DNA from: a virus
Virus record (IMG/VR): IMGVR_UViG_3300020204_000022
Location: 8,555-72,554 of that record
Length of the DNA stretch: 64,000 nucleotides
Strand: one strand, 5' to 3'
Each line of letters begins with the position of its first letter. Position 1 is the stretch's first letter. Under the pieces are notes generated by a model. That model was not told where the DNA came from, did no database searches, and saw only the letters and a list, made by a program, of their open reading frames with translations. This document shows positions 30,069-38,258 of this stretch, in pieces. A program made the translations under genes and the position numbers.

Positions 30069-30761
30069 ATGCCAGCAGTTTCAAAAGCACAACAAGCAAT
30101 AATGGGCCAGGCCTGGGCCTTAAGATCTGGATCTCTCAAATTGAAAGATATAGATTCAAGATATAGGAAGATAGTTAAGGATATAGCCGATGGAGAAATG
30201 TCGGATAGGGAACTTGAAAAGTTCGCCTCTACAAAAACAAAAAGACTTCCGCATTACGTGAAAGAAACTTTTGAATATGATGACTATGAAGCAGTGGATG
30301 AGGATTCAATCAAATCCAAAACTCAATATTACAAACCAGGTGAAAAAATTCGTGTTTTGAATGTTACTTACCCAGAATGGTATTCACCTGCCAAGGGGTT
30401 CGAGAACGTTAAAGTAGGAGATGTTCTTACCATTACAGACGTTGGACAAAATGTAGTTGGTCACGTTTATTTCACCGATTTTAACGATGACTATGGATTG
30501 AGTATCGAGGATATTGAAATGCTTACTGGTAAAGTTCAAGAATCTGAATCTTTATACGAAAAGGGAATCCCGGTAGCTGGGGCAACATCTCCTTTAATTG
30601 GTTCAAAGAAAATACCAACTTTCACACCCGGTCTCAATGTTGGTGGTGGGATCAAACCAATTACCCCACATTTGAACCCCGACGTGACCAAACCAAAGGG
30701 GAAAAAGAAAATGTCACATCTGGCAGACTATCGAGATTATATTGCCACCAAAAAATCTTAA
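30069..30761 (+). CDS. Hypothetical protein (MPAVSKAQQ N-terminal motif)
   Basis: 230 codons. The N-terminus MPAVSKAQQAIMGQAWALRSG resembles a recurrent phage N-terminal motif. Confidence 0.5.
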   Translation: MPAVSKAQQAIMGQAWALRSGSLKLKDIDSRYRKIVKDIADGEMSDRELEKFASTKTKRLPHYVKETFEYDDYEAVDEDSIKSKTQYYKPGEKIRVLNVTYPEWYSPAKGFENVKVGDVLTITDVGQNVVGHVYFTDFNDDYGLSIEDIEMLTGKVQESESLYEKGIPVAGATSPLIGSKKIPTFTPGLNVGGGIKPITPHLNPDVTKPKGKKKMSHLADYRDYIATKKS

Positions 30762-30764
30762 TTG

Positions 30765-31181
30765 ATGCTCCATCACCTTTTGGAATTCAAAAAATACGAT
30801 CCTAGGTTAGAATACAAAACCGATACCAGGAGAGATATTTCTTTGGATGACATCAGAAAATCCGGAGCATATAGAAATATTATTGATTTAGGATTTGAAG
30901 AGGAACACTCTCACCAACAGGAATTGAATAACACCTTGAAATTTGTTAGGATAAAACACAAACAAAGAGAAAGGGGACACGGCGATGTTTTTTATACGGT
31001 TCATCCAAGTGGAATTGTCAGAAGGTACAATCCAGAAAAATCACACGAAATTCCAGAAGGAGGGGGAAATGACATCCGAAGATTTCCTAGACCCTTTAAA
31101 ACTTTGAAGGATTATAACAGGGCTTTACAATATCTTTTTAATTATCTCAGAAGAAAAGAATTGAGAAACGATTACAGATAG
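30765..31181 (+). CDS. Hypothetical protein
   Basis: The ATG at 30765 is preferred to the tracked TTG at 30762. The N-terminus MLHHLLEFKKYDPRLE is a weak leader-like pattern. Confidence 0.45.
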   Translation: MLHHLLEFKKYDPRLEYKTDTRRDISLDDIRKSGAYRNIIDLGFEEEHSHQQELNNTLKFVRIKHKQRERGHGDVFYTVHPSGIVRRYNPEKSHEIPEGGGNDIRRFPRPFKTLKDYNRALQYLFNYLRRKELRNDYR

Positions 31182-31190
31182 AATACTTCA

Positions 31191-31200
31191 AAATATATAA
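31191..31200 (+). promoter_or_regulatory. GATATATA-type conserved upstream motif
   Basis: AAATATATAA, 38 nt before GTG 31239. A second partial copy AAATATAG ends 3 nt before the GTG. Confidence 0.4.
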
Positions 31201-31238
31201 TCAATCGTTCATACCTATAAAATTAAAAAATATAGCCA

Positions 31239-33008
31239 GTGAAACATATCAAAAATTTTACAATTTTTCTTTTCGAATCTGAAGAATTCACTAAAGAGGA
31301 CTATTTGAACTTTAAACAATATACAAATAATAGCAAGAAAGGGATTCCGTCAACAAAGGAACAAATGGAAGCAATGAGAAAATATCATAGAATGAAGCGT
31401 AAAGGTTTGGATCCAATTGACCCTTTCCGAGAAAAGAAGGGGGAAAAAGAAGAATTCACGGAAGAAGATCGCCGAAACTTTCAGGAATATATTAAGAAGA
31501 TTTATGCTAAACCAAGATTAGAACCAACGCAAAAAGAAAGAGAAGCATATAATAAATATAGTAGGCAAAAAAGAATATTGGGTCATTCTCCTTTTAAAAG
31601 ACAAGAAGAAGAATTCACGGAAGAAGATTACCGAAACTTTAAGGAATATAATAGGAAGATTTATGCTAAACCAAAATTAGAACCAACGCAAAAAGAAAGA
31701 GAAGCATATAATAAATATAATAGGATCAGAACGAAAGGATTGGATCCAATTGCTCCTTTTCGAAGAAAAGAAGAAGAATTTACGGAAGAAGATTACCGAA
31801 ACTATCGGGAATATAGTAGGAAGTATCAATCTAACCGAATCAACACTAAACCAAGATTAGAACCAACTCAAAAAGAAAGAGAAGCATATAATAAATATCA
31901 AAGGCAACGAAAAATATCGAATCCAATTGCTCCTCTTAAAAAACAAGAAGAAGAATTCACGGAAGAAGATTACCGAAACTTTAAGGAATATAATAAGAAG
32001 ATTAATGCTAAACCAAGATTAGAACCAACGCAAAAAGAAAAAGAAGCATATAATAAATATAATAGGATCAGAACGAAAGGATTGGATCCAATTGCTCCTT
32101 TTCGAAGAAAAGAAGAAGAATTTACGGAAGAAGATTACCGAAACTATCAGGAATATAATAGGAAGATTAACGCTAAACCAAAATTAGAACCAACGCAAAA
32201 AGAAAGAGAAGCATATAATAAATATTATAGGATACGGAGATTATCGGGTCTTCCTTCTATTAAAGGACAAGAAGAAGAATTCACGGAAGAGGAATACCGA
32301 AACTATCAGGAATATAATAAGAAGGTTAATGCTAAACCAAGATTAGAACCAACTCAAAAAGAAAAAGAAGCATATAATAAATATCAAAGAATGCTCACGA
32401 GAGGATTGGATCCAACTGCTGCTTTCACAGGAAAAATTAGAATTATAACAGCAACCGGGGATTGGTCAAAATTAACGCTAGATGGAAGCCCTTTGTTTTT
32501 GTCCCATGCTAACACTTATTTTGTAACATTCTACAAAAATCCCACAAAAGAAATGATAAAGAGACTCCTTGGGGATAGTGACCAGCCGTTTACTTGTGAC
32601 CCAAAGGAAGCAAGTCAGGAAATTTTTGGTGGGGATTTTCCGTACATCAATAAAAAAGAGGGATTGATATTTGCTGCAGATCCTAAATATTCTCCAGCAG
32701 ATTATGAAAATGAATTGGTTCGAACAGCGAAAACCATATGTGAAAACCCAGACGAAAACGAAAATATGGATGGGGAATATGCTTTAAATATTTTAGAGAA
32801 TGGCTGGGAAAACTTCACACCTGAACACATTAACCACTTGATTTTGCTTGCTAGTGAAAGTGCAAAAAAACCATCCGCGTATAATATCTTTTCTAAGGAT
32901 GATATAAAAAGAATTGATCTTTTTTTGAAATTTGCTAAATATAATTTAAAAGGTCAACCATTAAAATTAATGGATCCTAGAATAGAAATTAAATTCAAAG
33001 TAGTTTAA
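31239..33008 (+). CDS. Tandem-repeat protein (7 x ~52-58 aa EEEFTEEDYRN[FY].EY..K..AKP.LEPTQKE.EAYNKY units) with leader motif and globular C-terminal domain
   Basis: GTG start with leader MKHIKNFTIFLFE|SE. Seven repeats read directly from the translation. The ~190-aa C-terminus is non-repetitive. Confidence 0.6.
   Translation: MKHIKNFTIFLFESEEFTKEDYLNFKQYTNNSKKGIPSTKEQMEAMRKYHRMKRKGLDPIDPFREKKGEKEEFTEEDRRNFQEYIKKIYAKPRLEPTQKEREAYNKYSRQKRILGHSPFKRQEEEFTEEDYRNFKEYNRKIYAKPKLEPTQKEREAYNKYNRIRTKGLDPIAPFRRKEEEFTEEDYRNYREYSRKYQSNRINTKPRLEPTQKEREAYNKYQRQRKISNPIAPLKKQEEEFTEEDYRNFKEYNKKINAKPRLEPTQKEKEAYNKYNRIRTKGLDPIAPFRRKEEEFTEEDYRNYQEYNRKINAKPKLEPTQKEREAYNKYYRIRRLSGLPSIKGQEEEFTEEEYRNYQEYNKKVNAKPRLEPTQKEKEAYNKYQRMLTRGLDPTAAFTGKIRIITATGDWSKLTLDGSPLFLSHANTYFVTFYKNPTKEMIKRLLGDSDQPFTCDPKEASQEIFGGDFPYINKKEGLIFAADPKYSPADYENELVRTAKTICENPDENENMDGEYALNILENGWENFTPEHINHLILLASESAKKPSAYNIFSKDDIKRIDLFLKFAKYNLKGQPLKLMDPRIEIKFKVV
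31270..32435 (+). repeat. Coding tandem repeat array, 7 units of ~158-176 bp with a higher-order ~341-bp duplication
   Basis: Unit starts lie near 31270, 31445, 31603, 31768, 31944, 32110 and 32268. Segments 31603..31815 and 31944..32155 are ~95% identical by eye. Confidence 0.85.
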
Positions 33009-33018
33009 ATTAAAAAAT

Positions 33019-33258
33019 ATGAGTTGCGGCTGCGATCAAAACCAATCATTCGAGAGACAACCAGTTCACAATCCTTTATTGGATTATGATAATCCTAATT
33101 CTTTGAACGGGAGAAGAATTTTACATAGTAATGGTACAGCATTGGAAATCATATCTCCAATTTTGAATCAAAATGATAAAAGATTGATAGGGTTCACAAC
33201 CAGAAATTCATCGGGGAAATTACTTAGAATTTTTGCCGAAGATGTAGTTAGAATTTAA
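33019..33258 (+). CDS. Small protein, MSCGC N-terminus (paralog of 33314..33550)
   Basis: 79 aa. Shares the overall pattern and the C-terminus ..GKLLRIFAEDVVRI with its neighbour (..GKVIRIFAKDVSEVL). Confidence 0.5.
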   Translation: MSCGCDQNQSFERQPVHNPLLDYDNPNSLNGRRILHSNGTALEIISPILNQNDKRLIGFTTRNSSGKLLRIFAEDVVRI

Positions 33259-33281
33259 TTTGAAATTTTATTTTGAGTGAA

Positions 33282-33291
33282 CGATATATAG
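33282..33291 (+). promoter_or_regulatory. GATATATA-type conserved upstream motif
   Basis: CGATATATAG, 22 nt before ATG 33314. Confidence 0.5.
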
Positions 33292-33313
33292 ATAAATTTT
33301 AAACAAACATAAT

Positions 33314-33550
33314 ATGGGCTGCGGCTGTAATCAAATGAATCACGAACAAGGAGCACAAATGGTTTCTTCGAACCATGAAATAATTCATGATGAATTAACC
33401 GGAAAAAATATCAGACATTCTACCGGAAAGATTTTAACCATCTCTTCGCCGATTAGAGACATAAATGGTGATATTATAGGATATATAACCAATAACCAAG
33501 AAGGAAAGGTTATTCGCATTTTCGCAAAAGATGTGTCAGAAGTTCTTTAA
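33314..33550 (+). CDS. Small protein, MGCGC N-terminus (paralog of 33019..33258)
   Basis: 78 aa. CGATATATAG lies 22 nt upstream. Collinear with 33019..33258. Confidence 0.5.
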   Translation: MGCGCNQMNHEQGAQMVSSNHEIIHDELTGKNIRHSTGKILTISSPIRDINGDIIGYITNNQEGKVIRIFAKDVSEVL

Positions 33551-33564
33551 AAAAAATTGAAATT

Positions 33565-34023
33565 ATGTTTTTTCCAACCGGCAAAACCACACAAGGACAC
33601 ACAGTAGTTTGTTTATGTTGCTGTGACGACCTTCCTTATCATGAATCTAAAAACAATTCTCCGGAAGAAATTTTAGAATCTCTCTGTGAGTGGATGGTTG
33701 AAAATTCATATTGTACCGAAAATTGGCAGGTAGAAAATTACGTTCGTGAATGTGGTTATCCGAAATACAAGATGGAGGAGAGCGAAGGGGGAATGGCTAG
33801 TTTGAACTCAACCCCGGGGATGGGACCGGTGACACCACCAACAGGTCCAGGAACAAATGTAAATTTTTACGATGCCTCCAAGCAAGGATCTGGAGATAAA
33901 TTTGACACTTTAACGGTAGGAACAAATTCTTCAACAATAAAATCTAAAGGAAAAAAACCAAGAAAAAGAATTATTCAATCATTTTCTGACTTTTTGGAAA
34001 CAACTAAGAAATTTCAAAATTAA
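33565..34023 (+). CDS. Hypothetical Cys-rich protein
   Basis: 152 codons with an N-terminal VVCLCCCDD cluster and a Gly/Pro-rich centre. Confidence 0.45.
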   Translation: MFFPTGKTTQGHTVVCLCCCDDLPYHESKNNSPEEILESLCEWMVENSYCTENWQVENYVRECGYPKYKMEESEGGMASLNSTPGMGPVTPPTGPGTNVNFYDASKQGSGDKFDTLTVGTNSSTIKSKGKKPRKRIIQSFSDFLETTKKFQN

Positions 34024-34026
34024 AAA

Positions 34027-34038
34027 AGATATATATAA
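34027..34038 (+). promoter_or_regulatory. GATATATA-type conserved upstream motif
   Basis: AGATATATATAA, 12 nt before ATG 34051. Confidence 0.5.
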
Positions 34039-34050
34039 AAAAACCCACAG

Positions 34051-35436
34051 ATGAAAAACAAAATTTTAAACTTCGACCAATTTTCTTCGATATATGAATC
34101 TGAATTTTATATTAAAGAATCTGAATCTTCTGGAAGTAAAATAGACATAGGGCTTGATGATCTAGCGGTTAGTTCTGAACAAATAGCTGATGTAATGGCA
34201 GAGCTCGATCCTAAAGCAATTAAAGAAAGTGGGACAGGTATTAGTGCATACGGTTCAATTAAACCGGGAGAAAAAGGAGACAGGGTTAAATGGCTTCAAG
34301 GAATACTTGGATTTGAAGGTAAAGATGTAGATGGGGATTTTGGGCCAAAAACAATAAAAGCCGTTAAAGATTTTCAAAAAAATAATAAACTCACTGTAGA
34401 TGGAAAAGTTGGTGTCCAAACTTTGCAAAAAATGGTTGATGTTTTGAAAGTTCCCACTGAAAAACAAAGTGAAATAAATAAATTGTTAGAAGATTTAAGG
34501 GCAAAAATGCCTCCGGAATTGTTAGCTCTTTACGAAGTTTACATCGTTAATACGGATAAATCCGGAAATAATAAAAAAATAATTTTAATACCAAAAAAAG
34601 GTGCTCAAGAAAAAGTACAAGCAGCAAGAGAAAGTGGTATGGCAGAAGGATTAAAATTGTTACTTGAGGGGGTTAAATATGCTGGCAAGGCAATTATTTG
34701 GACTGGAGCCGCTATTGTTCTAGTTACTTTAGAAACAGCTAATGCTATGATATCCGGAATCACTGCTATTTCTAAAATGGTATTGGGTGGAGCTGCTTAT
34801 GTTGCAGGTGTAGCAGTTCAGGGACTTATGGAATTCGGAAAATGGATTGCTAGCGTGGGAGAAAAAGCTTGGGAGGGCCTCAAAGATGCATCTACAGAAA
34901 TTTGGAAAGGTGTATGTGATGCTGTTACACTTCTTGGTAAAGCATCTCTCAAAATTGTATATGGCTTTATACAAGGAGCCCAAGCCGTTGCTTATACACT
35001 CGCTGGTGTTGCATTAACAATTTTCCAAGCAGCAGCTAACACGTTTGATGCAGCCGTCAAAGGTGTAATCTCAGCTGCAAAAGAAGTAAAAACTTTTGTA
35101 GTAAACGCAGTTAAAGCAATTGGTGATGGAATCACAAAGGTGAAGGAGACACTAAAAGCAGGTTTTCAATATGCTGTTGATGTTACAAAGAAAGCTTTGC
35201 AAGGGGCTATTCAAGGGGTTAAGAATTTTGGAAAAAGCGTTGTTGCAGCAACAGAAAGAGCTTACAGCGGGGCTGTTAGCTGGCTATCATCTATGTATGA
35301 AAAAGGAAAGAAATTCTTTGAATCTACTATGTATGAAGTCTATGGTTCAGAATTCTTAAACGAAAATCGTCATTTAATAGAATTTGGAGAACTTGAGTTT
35401 TCTTTATTATCTGATGACTTGGATTGGAGATTGTAA
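34051..35436 (+). CDS. Peptidoglycan-binding-domain protein with leader motif and long Ala/Gly-rich hydrophobic helical region
   Basis: Leader MKNKILNFDQFSSIYE|SE. PG_binding_1-type repeat GDRVKWLQGILGF..VDGDFGPKTIKAVKDFQKNNKLTVDGKVGVQTLQKM. Several hydrophobic helices follow (AIIWTGAAIVLVTL, VLGGAAYVAGVAVQGL, AVAYTLAGVALTIF). AGATATATATAA lies upstream and a terminator downstream. Confidence 0.65.
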   Translation: MKNKILNFDQFSSIYESEFYIKESESSGSKIDIGLDDLAVSSEQIADVMAELDPKAIKESGTGISAYGSIKPGEKGDRVKWLQGILGFEGKDVDGDFGPKTIKAVKDFQKNNKLTVDGKVGVQTLQKMVDVLKVPTEKQSEINKLLEDLRAKMPPELLALYEVYIVNTDKSGNNKKIILIPKKGAQEKVQAARESGMAEGLKLLLEGVKYAGKAIIWTGAAIVLVTLETANAMISGITAISKMVLGGAAYVAGVAVQGLMEFGKWIASVGEKAWEGLKDASTEIWKGVCDAVTLLGKASLKIVYGFIQGAQAVAYTLAGVALTIFQAAANTFDAAVKGVISAAKEVKTFVVNAVKAIGDGITKVKETLKAGFQYAVDVTKKALQGAIQGVKNFGKSVVAATERAYSGAVSWLSSMYEKGKKFFESTMYEVYGSEFLNENRHLIEFGELEFSLLSDDLDWRL

Positions 35437-35462
35437 AAATCAAACTTTCACTTATTTCAAAA

Positions 35463-35489
35463 ACCAGATCGTTAGGTCTGGTTTTTTTT
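35463..35489 (+). terminator. Rho-independent terminator after the PG-binding protein gene
   Basis: ACCAGATC-GTTA-GGTCTGGT is an 8-bp stem with one G-U pair, followed by TTTTTTTT. Confidence 0.75.
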
Positions 35490-35561
35490 GTTGGTACTAA
35501 GACTTCGACAAAATTGTTGAATTTATCTGTCCTGCATAGAATTCCCTTTTATTAATGTCTT

Positions 35562-35572
35562 GACAAATTGTC
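35562..35572. promoter_or_regulatory. Palindromic operator-like site GACAA-A-TTGTC, copy 1 (overlaps a TTGACA hexamer)
   Basis: An 11-nt palindrome in the 230-bp gap upstream of hsp20. The TTGACA hexamer lies at 35560..35565. Confidence 0.4.
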
Positions 35573-35592
35573 ACCTTTTTTTTAAAAAATAA

Positions 35593-35603
35593 GACAAATT
35601 GTC
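35593..35603. promoter_or_regulatory. Palindromic operator-like site GACAA-A-TTGTC, copy 2
   Basis: Identical 11-mer 31 bp (about 3 helical turns) downstream of copy 1 and 65 nt upstream of the hsp20 ATG. Confidence 0.4.
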
Positions 35604-35667
35604 GAAAATTAATGTGGAATAAATTTTGGAACAAAATTCGATTATTAAATGTTAAAAAATAACATTT

Positions 35668-36024
35668 ATGAACAAATACCGTTTTTATCACCCTCTTGAG
35701 ATGATGGATAGAATCTTATCCAACGATCTCGGTTTAGTTGATTCTGTAGATTACCAGGTCAACGAACAAGAAAATTCTTTGGAAGCCGAATTTAAAGTTC
35801 CAGGATTCGCCCAAAAAGAAATCTCATTGGAAGTAACTGATAACGTACTTCTGGTGGAGGCGAAATCCGAAACCAATAAATGGTCCAACGGATTTTCTAA
35901 AAAATACAAATTGCCGGAGAATGTGGATGGGTCTAAAATGGAGGCCAAATTAGAAAACGGCATTCTTTCTCTAAGAATCCCGAAGAAAAAGCAGGCTATC
36001 TCAAAGAAAATCGCGGTCCTCTAA
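35668..36024 (+). CDS. Small heat-shock protein (Hsp20/alpha-crystallin family)
   Basis: Alpha-crystallin core LEAEFKVPGFAQKEISLEVTDNVLLVEAKSE..FSKKYKLPENVDGSKMEAKLENGILSLRIPKK. A terminator hairpin lies downstream. Confidence 0.8.
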   Translation: MNKYRFYHPLEMMDRILSNDLGLVDSVDYQVNEQENSLEAEFKVPGFAQKEISLEVTDNVLLVEAKSETNKWSNGFSKKYKLPENVDGSKMEAKLENGILSLRIPKKKQAISKKIAVL

Positions 36025-36050
36025 CCCTAAATATTCGGCAATTTCACAAA

Positions 36051-36079
36051 AGCTCGTTCGAATTTGAACGGGCTTTTTT
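36051..36079 (+). terminator. Rho-independent terminator after hsp20
   Basis: AGCTCGTTC-GAATTT-GAACGGGCT is a 9-bp stem with one G-U pair, followed by TTTTTT. Confidence 0.7.
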
Positions 36080-36091
36080 ATTTTTAGGCAA

Positions 36092-36493
36092 ATGGAAAGA
36101 CTGATCCAAGAAGATTATCTTTATAATCCGTGGAAAATGATGGTTTGTTGTATTCTTCTAAATCAAACAACCAACCAGCAGGTAAGAAAAATTTTAGATC
36201 CTTTATTTATTTTAATACCCGATCCCATTTCTGCTTCACAAATGGAGCCAGAGAAAATCTCAGAAATTATTCTAAGCACCGGATTTTCTTCTGTTAAAAG
36301 TCAGAGGATCGTGAACATGAGTAAAAAATGGGTGGAAGGATTTGATTCGGTTTTGGAACTTCCTGGTGTTGGCAGATATGCGTCAGATTCTTGGAAAATT
36401 TTTGTTGATAAAAATCTCAGCATCCAGGTGACAGACAAAAAGCTTCAGGCCTATTTGGATTCCGTTTTGGCGTTCCCTGAAAGTGTCTCGTGA
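36092..36493 (+). CDS. MBD4-like HhH-GPD DNA glycosylase (glycosylase domain only)
   Basis: LIQEDYLYNPWKMMVCCILLNQT.. and ..LELPGVGRYASDSWKIFV parallel the human MBD4 catalytic domain as I recall it ([23 protein letters not shown].., ELHGIGKYGNDSYRIF). Confidence 0.7.
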   Translation: MERLIQEDYLYNPWKMMVCCILLNQTTNQQVRKILDPLFILIPDPISASQMEPEKISEIILSTGFSSVKSQRIVNMSKKWVEGFDSVLELPGVGRYASDSWKIFVDKNLSIQVTDKKLQAYLDSVLAFPESVS

Positions 36494-36777
36494 ATTCTCT
36501 GTTTGACGTACTTTAAAATTTTCTTCGAATTCTTGTGATCTTTGGCGAGTACCTTTTGGAATTCTTCTTCCTCCGCCAATTCATCAAGGTAAGAGTATAA
36601 ATCAGTGGTGTTGTAAAGATCGTCTACAACCCTGGGCATTTGTGTGTAGGCGGGGCGGTAATTTCTAGAATTTACATTGTCTTTGTACCATTCCCCGGGT
36701 ACTGCCACGCTACCTGGAGCGAAGGCGCTCCAGTTTTCTGAAACGAAATTTCCGAAACTTTTAAGATTGTCCAACAT
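36451..36777 (-). CDS. Hypothetical protein with N-terminal leader motif (isolated minus-strand gene)
   Basis: ATG at 36777 with leader MLDNLKSFGNFVSE|NW. GGATATATAC, read on the minus strand, lies 4 nt upstream. The 3' end overlaps the convergent glycosylase gene by 43 nt. Confidence 0.5.
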   Translation of the reverse strand: MLDNLKSFGNFVSENWSAFAPGSVAVPGEWYKDNVNSRNYRPAYTQMPRVVDDLYNTTDLYSYLDELAEEEEFQKVLAKDHKNSKKILKYVKQRIHETLSGNAKTESK

Positions 36778-36781
36778 AAGT

Positions 36782-36791
36782 GTATATATCC
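36782..36791 (-). promoter_or_regulatory. GATATATA-type motif in a divergent gap (orientation ambiguous)
   Basis: Read on the minus strand it is GGATATATAC, 4 nt before minus-strand ATG 36777. Read on the plus strand it is GTATATATCC, 16 nt before polB ATG 36808. Confidence 0.4.
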
Positions 36792-36807
36792 ATTCAGGAT
36801 TTCATTT

Positions 36808-38211
36808 ATGATAGTAGATATTGAAAATAAAGGTGAAGAACTTAAAATTTCGACCTTTACAGAAGAAGGTGGAATCAAATTCATTAACGTTCCAATTCCA
36901 CCAGAGGAAAGATTTGTATGGCAAATTTGTTCGCACAGTGATAGGGACCGGGATAAAACTTGGAAAAATTGGGAAGGATCCTCAATCAAAAAGCACAAAA
37001 ATACGAAGTACGACAAATATCGAATTTTACAATTGCTCGAAGAGGCAGATCCAGAACTAACCAAGCCTCTCTGGGAATTCCAAACACCCAAAAAATTCTT
37101 TGTGGATATTGAGGTCGAAATGACCGACGAGATGAAAGATTCTTTGGATACAGAGAAGGCAAAAAATAAAATTTTGTCCATCGGGATAGCCACAGATAAA
37201 TGCAAATTGATTGTCCTGGGGCTGGATGATTTGGACGCCGAACAACAAGGATTGATCTACCAACAGGTCAACGAGTATTTACAACAAACAGGAGACACCT
37301 GGGACTTTAAGTACAAAAAGTTTGAGTCTGAATACGACATGCTTTACACCTTCTTCAAGGATATAGCATCCAAAATGTCAGTCATCACAGGTTGGAACTG
37401 GTTTGGTTATGACTGGCCTTATCTTATCAATCGGGCGAAGAGGCTTGGGATAGATCCTAAGATCATTTCTCCGAGTGGTTATTTGATTGGTCAAAATCAA
37501 CTTCCAGCCCACATTCTCATGGTTGACTATCTTGAAATTTACAAGAAGTGGGATAGGGTAATAAAAATCAAAGAAAGCAATCGTTTGGATTATGTTGCAG
37601 AAAAAGCAACCGGATTGAAAAAAATCCATTATGAGGGAACACTCCGAACCCTTTACCAATCGGATTTCACCAAATTCATTTTTTACAACGCAATTGACTG
37701 TGCACTGGTTCATTACATCGACAAGAAATTAAAGACGATGTTGACCTTCTTTAAAATAGCGAATTTAAACGGGGTTGAGATCAATAGGGCTTTGTCCCCA
37801 GTTTGGTCTACCGAGGTGATGATGATGAGAAAATTTCTTGATCGAAAACAGGTTTTTGTGCAAACAAGAAAGGATGAAAATCACGTCAAATTTGCTGGTG
37901 CATATGTCAAAGATCCAATTGTTGGATTGCACGAATGGGTAGCATGTTATGACTTCGCTTCTCTGTACCCCAACACGATCGTGCAGTGGGGAATCTCGCC
38001 CGAGGTTTATAAAGGTAAAAATTTATTGGACACAAAAGAAAGTTGGATCAAAACTTCCTCCGGAGCTGTGTTTGGAGGAGACGATGAAGATCCGATTTTG
38101 AAGTCGATCATTAAGGACCTGTATGCCAAAAGAAGACAGGCCAAGGATAAGATGTTAAAACTTCAAATAGAAATCGACCAGTTGGAGAAACAATTAAAAA
38201 AATTAACGTAA
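36808..38211 (+). CDS. Family B DNA polymerase, N-terminal fragment (T4 gp43-like exonuclease domain through polymerase motif A)
   Basis: Exo I FFVDIEVE, Exo II ITGWNWFGYDWPYLINR, Exo III FYNAIDCALV, and motif A YDFASLYPN. The ORF ends at TAA 38209, about 78 codons after motif A. Motifs B (Kx3NSxYG) and C (YGDTDS) appear nowhere in the window's ORF track. Confidence 0.85.
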   Translation: MIVDIENKGEELKISTFTEEGGIKFINVPIPPEERFVWQICSHSDRDRDKTWKNWEGSSIKKHKNTKYDKYRILQLLEEADPELTKPLWEFQTPKKFFVDIEVEMTDEMKDSLDTEKAKNKILSIGIATDKCKLIVLGLDDLDAEQQGLIYQQVNEYLQQTGDTWDFKYKKFESEYDMLYTFFKDIASKMSVITGWNWFGYDWPYLINRAKRLGIDPKIISPSGYLIGQNQLPAHILMVDYLEIYKKWDRVIKIKESNRLDYVAEKATGLKKIHYEGTLRTLYQSDFTKFIFYNAIDCALVHYIDKKLKTMLTFFKIANLNGVEINRALSPVWSTEVMMMRKFLDRKQVFVQTRKDENHVKFAGAYVKDPIVGLHEWVACYDFASLYPNTIVQWGISPEVYKGKNLLDTKESWIKTSSGAVFGGDDEDPILKSIIKDLYAKRRQAKDKMLKLQIEIDQLEKQLKKLT

Positions 38212-38248
38212 GAATTCCACATCAGACCCCAAGTTTCTAGGTCGGGCT

Positions 38249-38258
38249 TGATATATAA
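38249..38258 (+). promoter_or_regulatory. GATATATA-type conserved upstream motif
   Basis: TGATATATAA in the 160-nt gap after the truncated polB, 113 nt before ATG 38372. Confidence 0.4.

Noticed and set aside
33314-33328. The MGCGC N-terminus as a eukaryotic-style myristoylation/palmitoylation signal (it resembles Src-family kinase N-termini).
   Set aside because: The rest of the window is phage- and bacteria-like (gp32/gp61/UvsW-like genes, rho-independent terminators). The paralog starts MSCGC, without Gly2, and position 6 is not Ser/Thr.
36672-37205. A 177-aa minus-strand ORF overlapping the polB start region.
   Set aside because: It is antisense to a polymerase gene with strong motif support. 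Only the separate 36451..36777 ORF, which has a leader motif, an ATG and an upstream motif, was kept.
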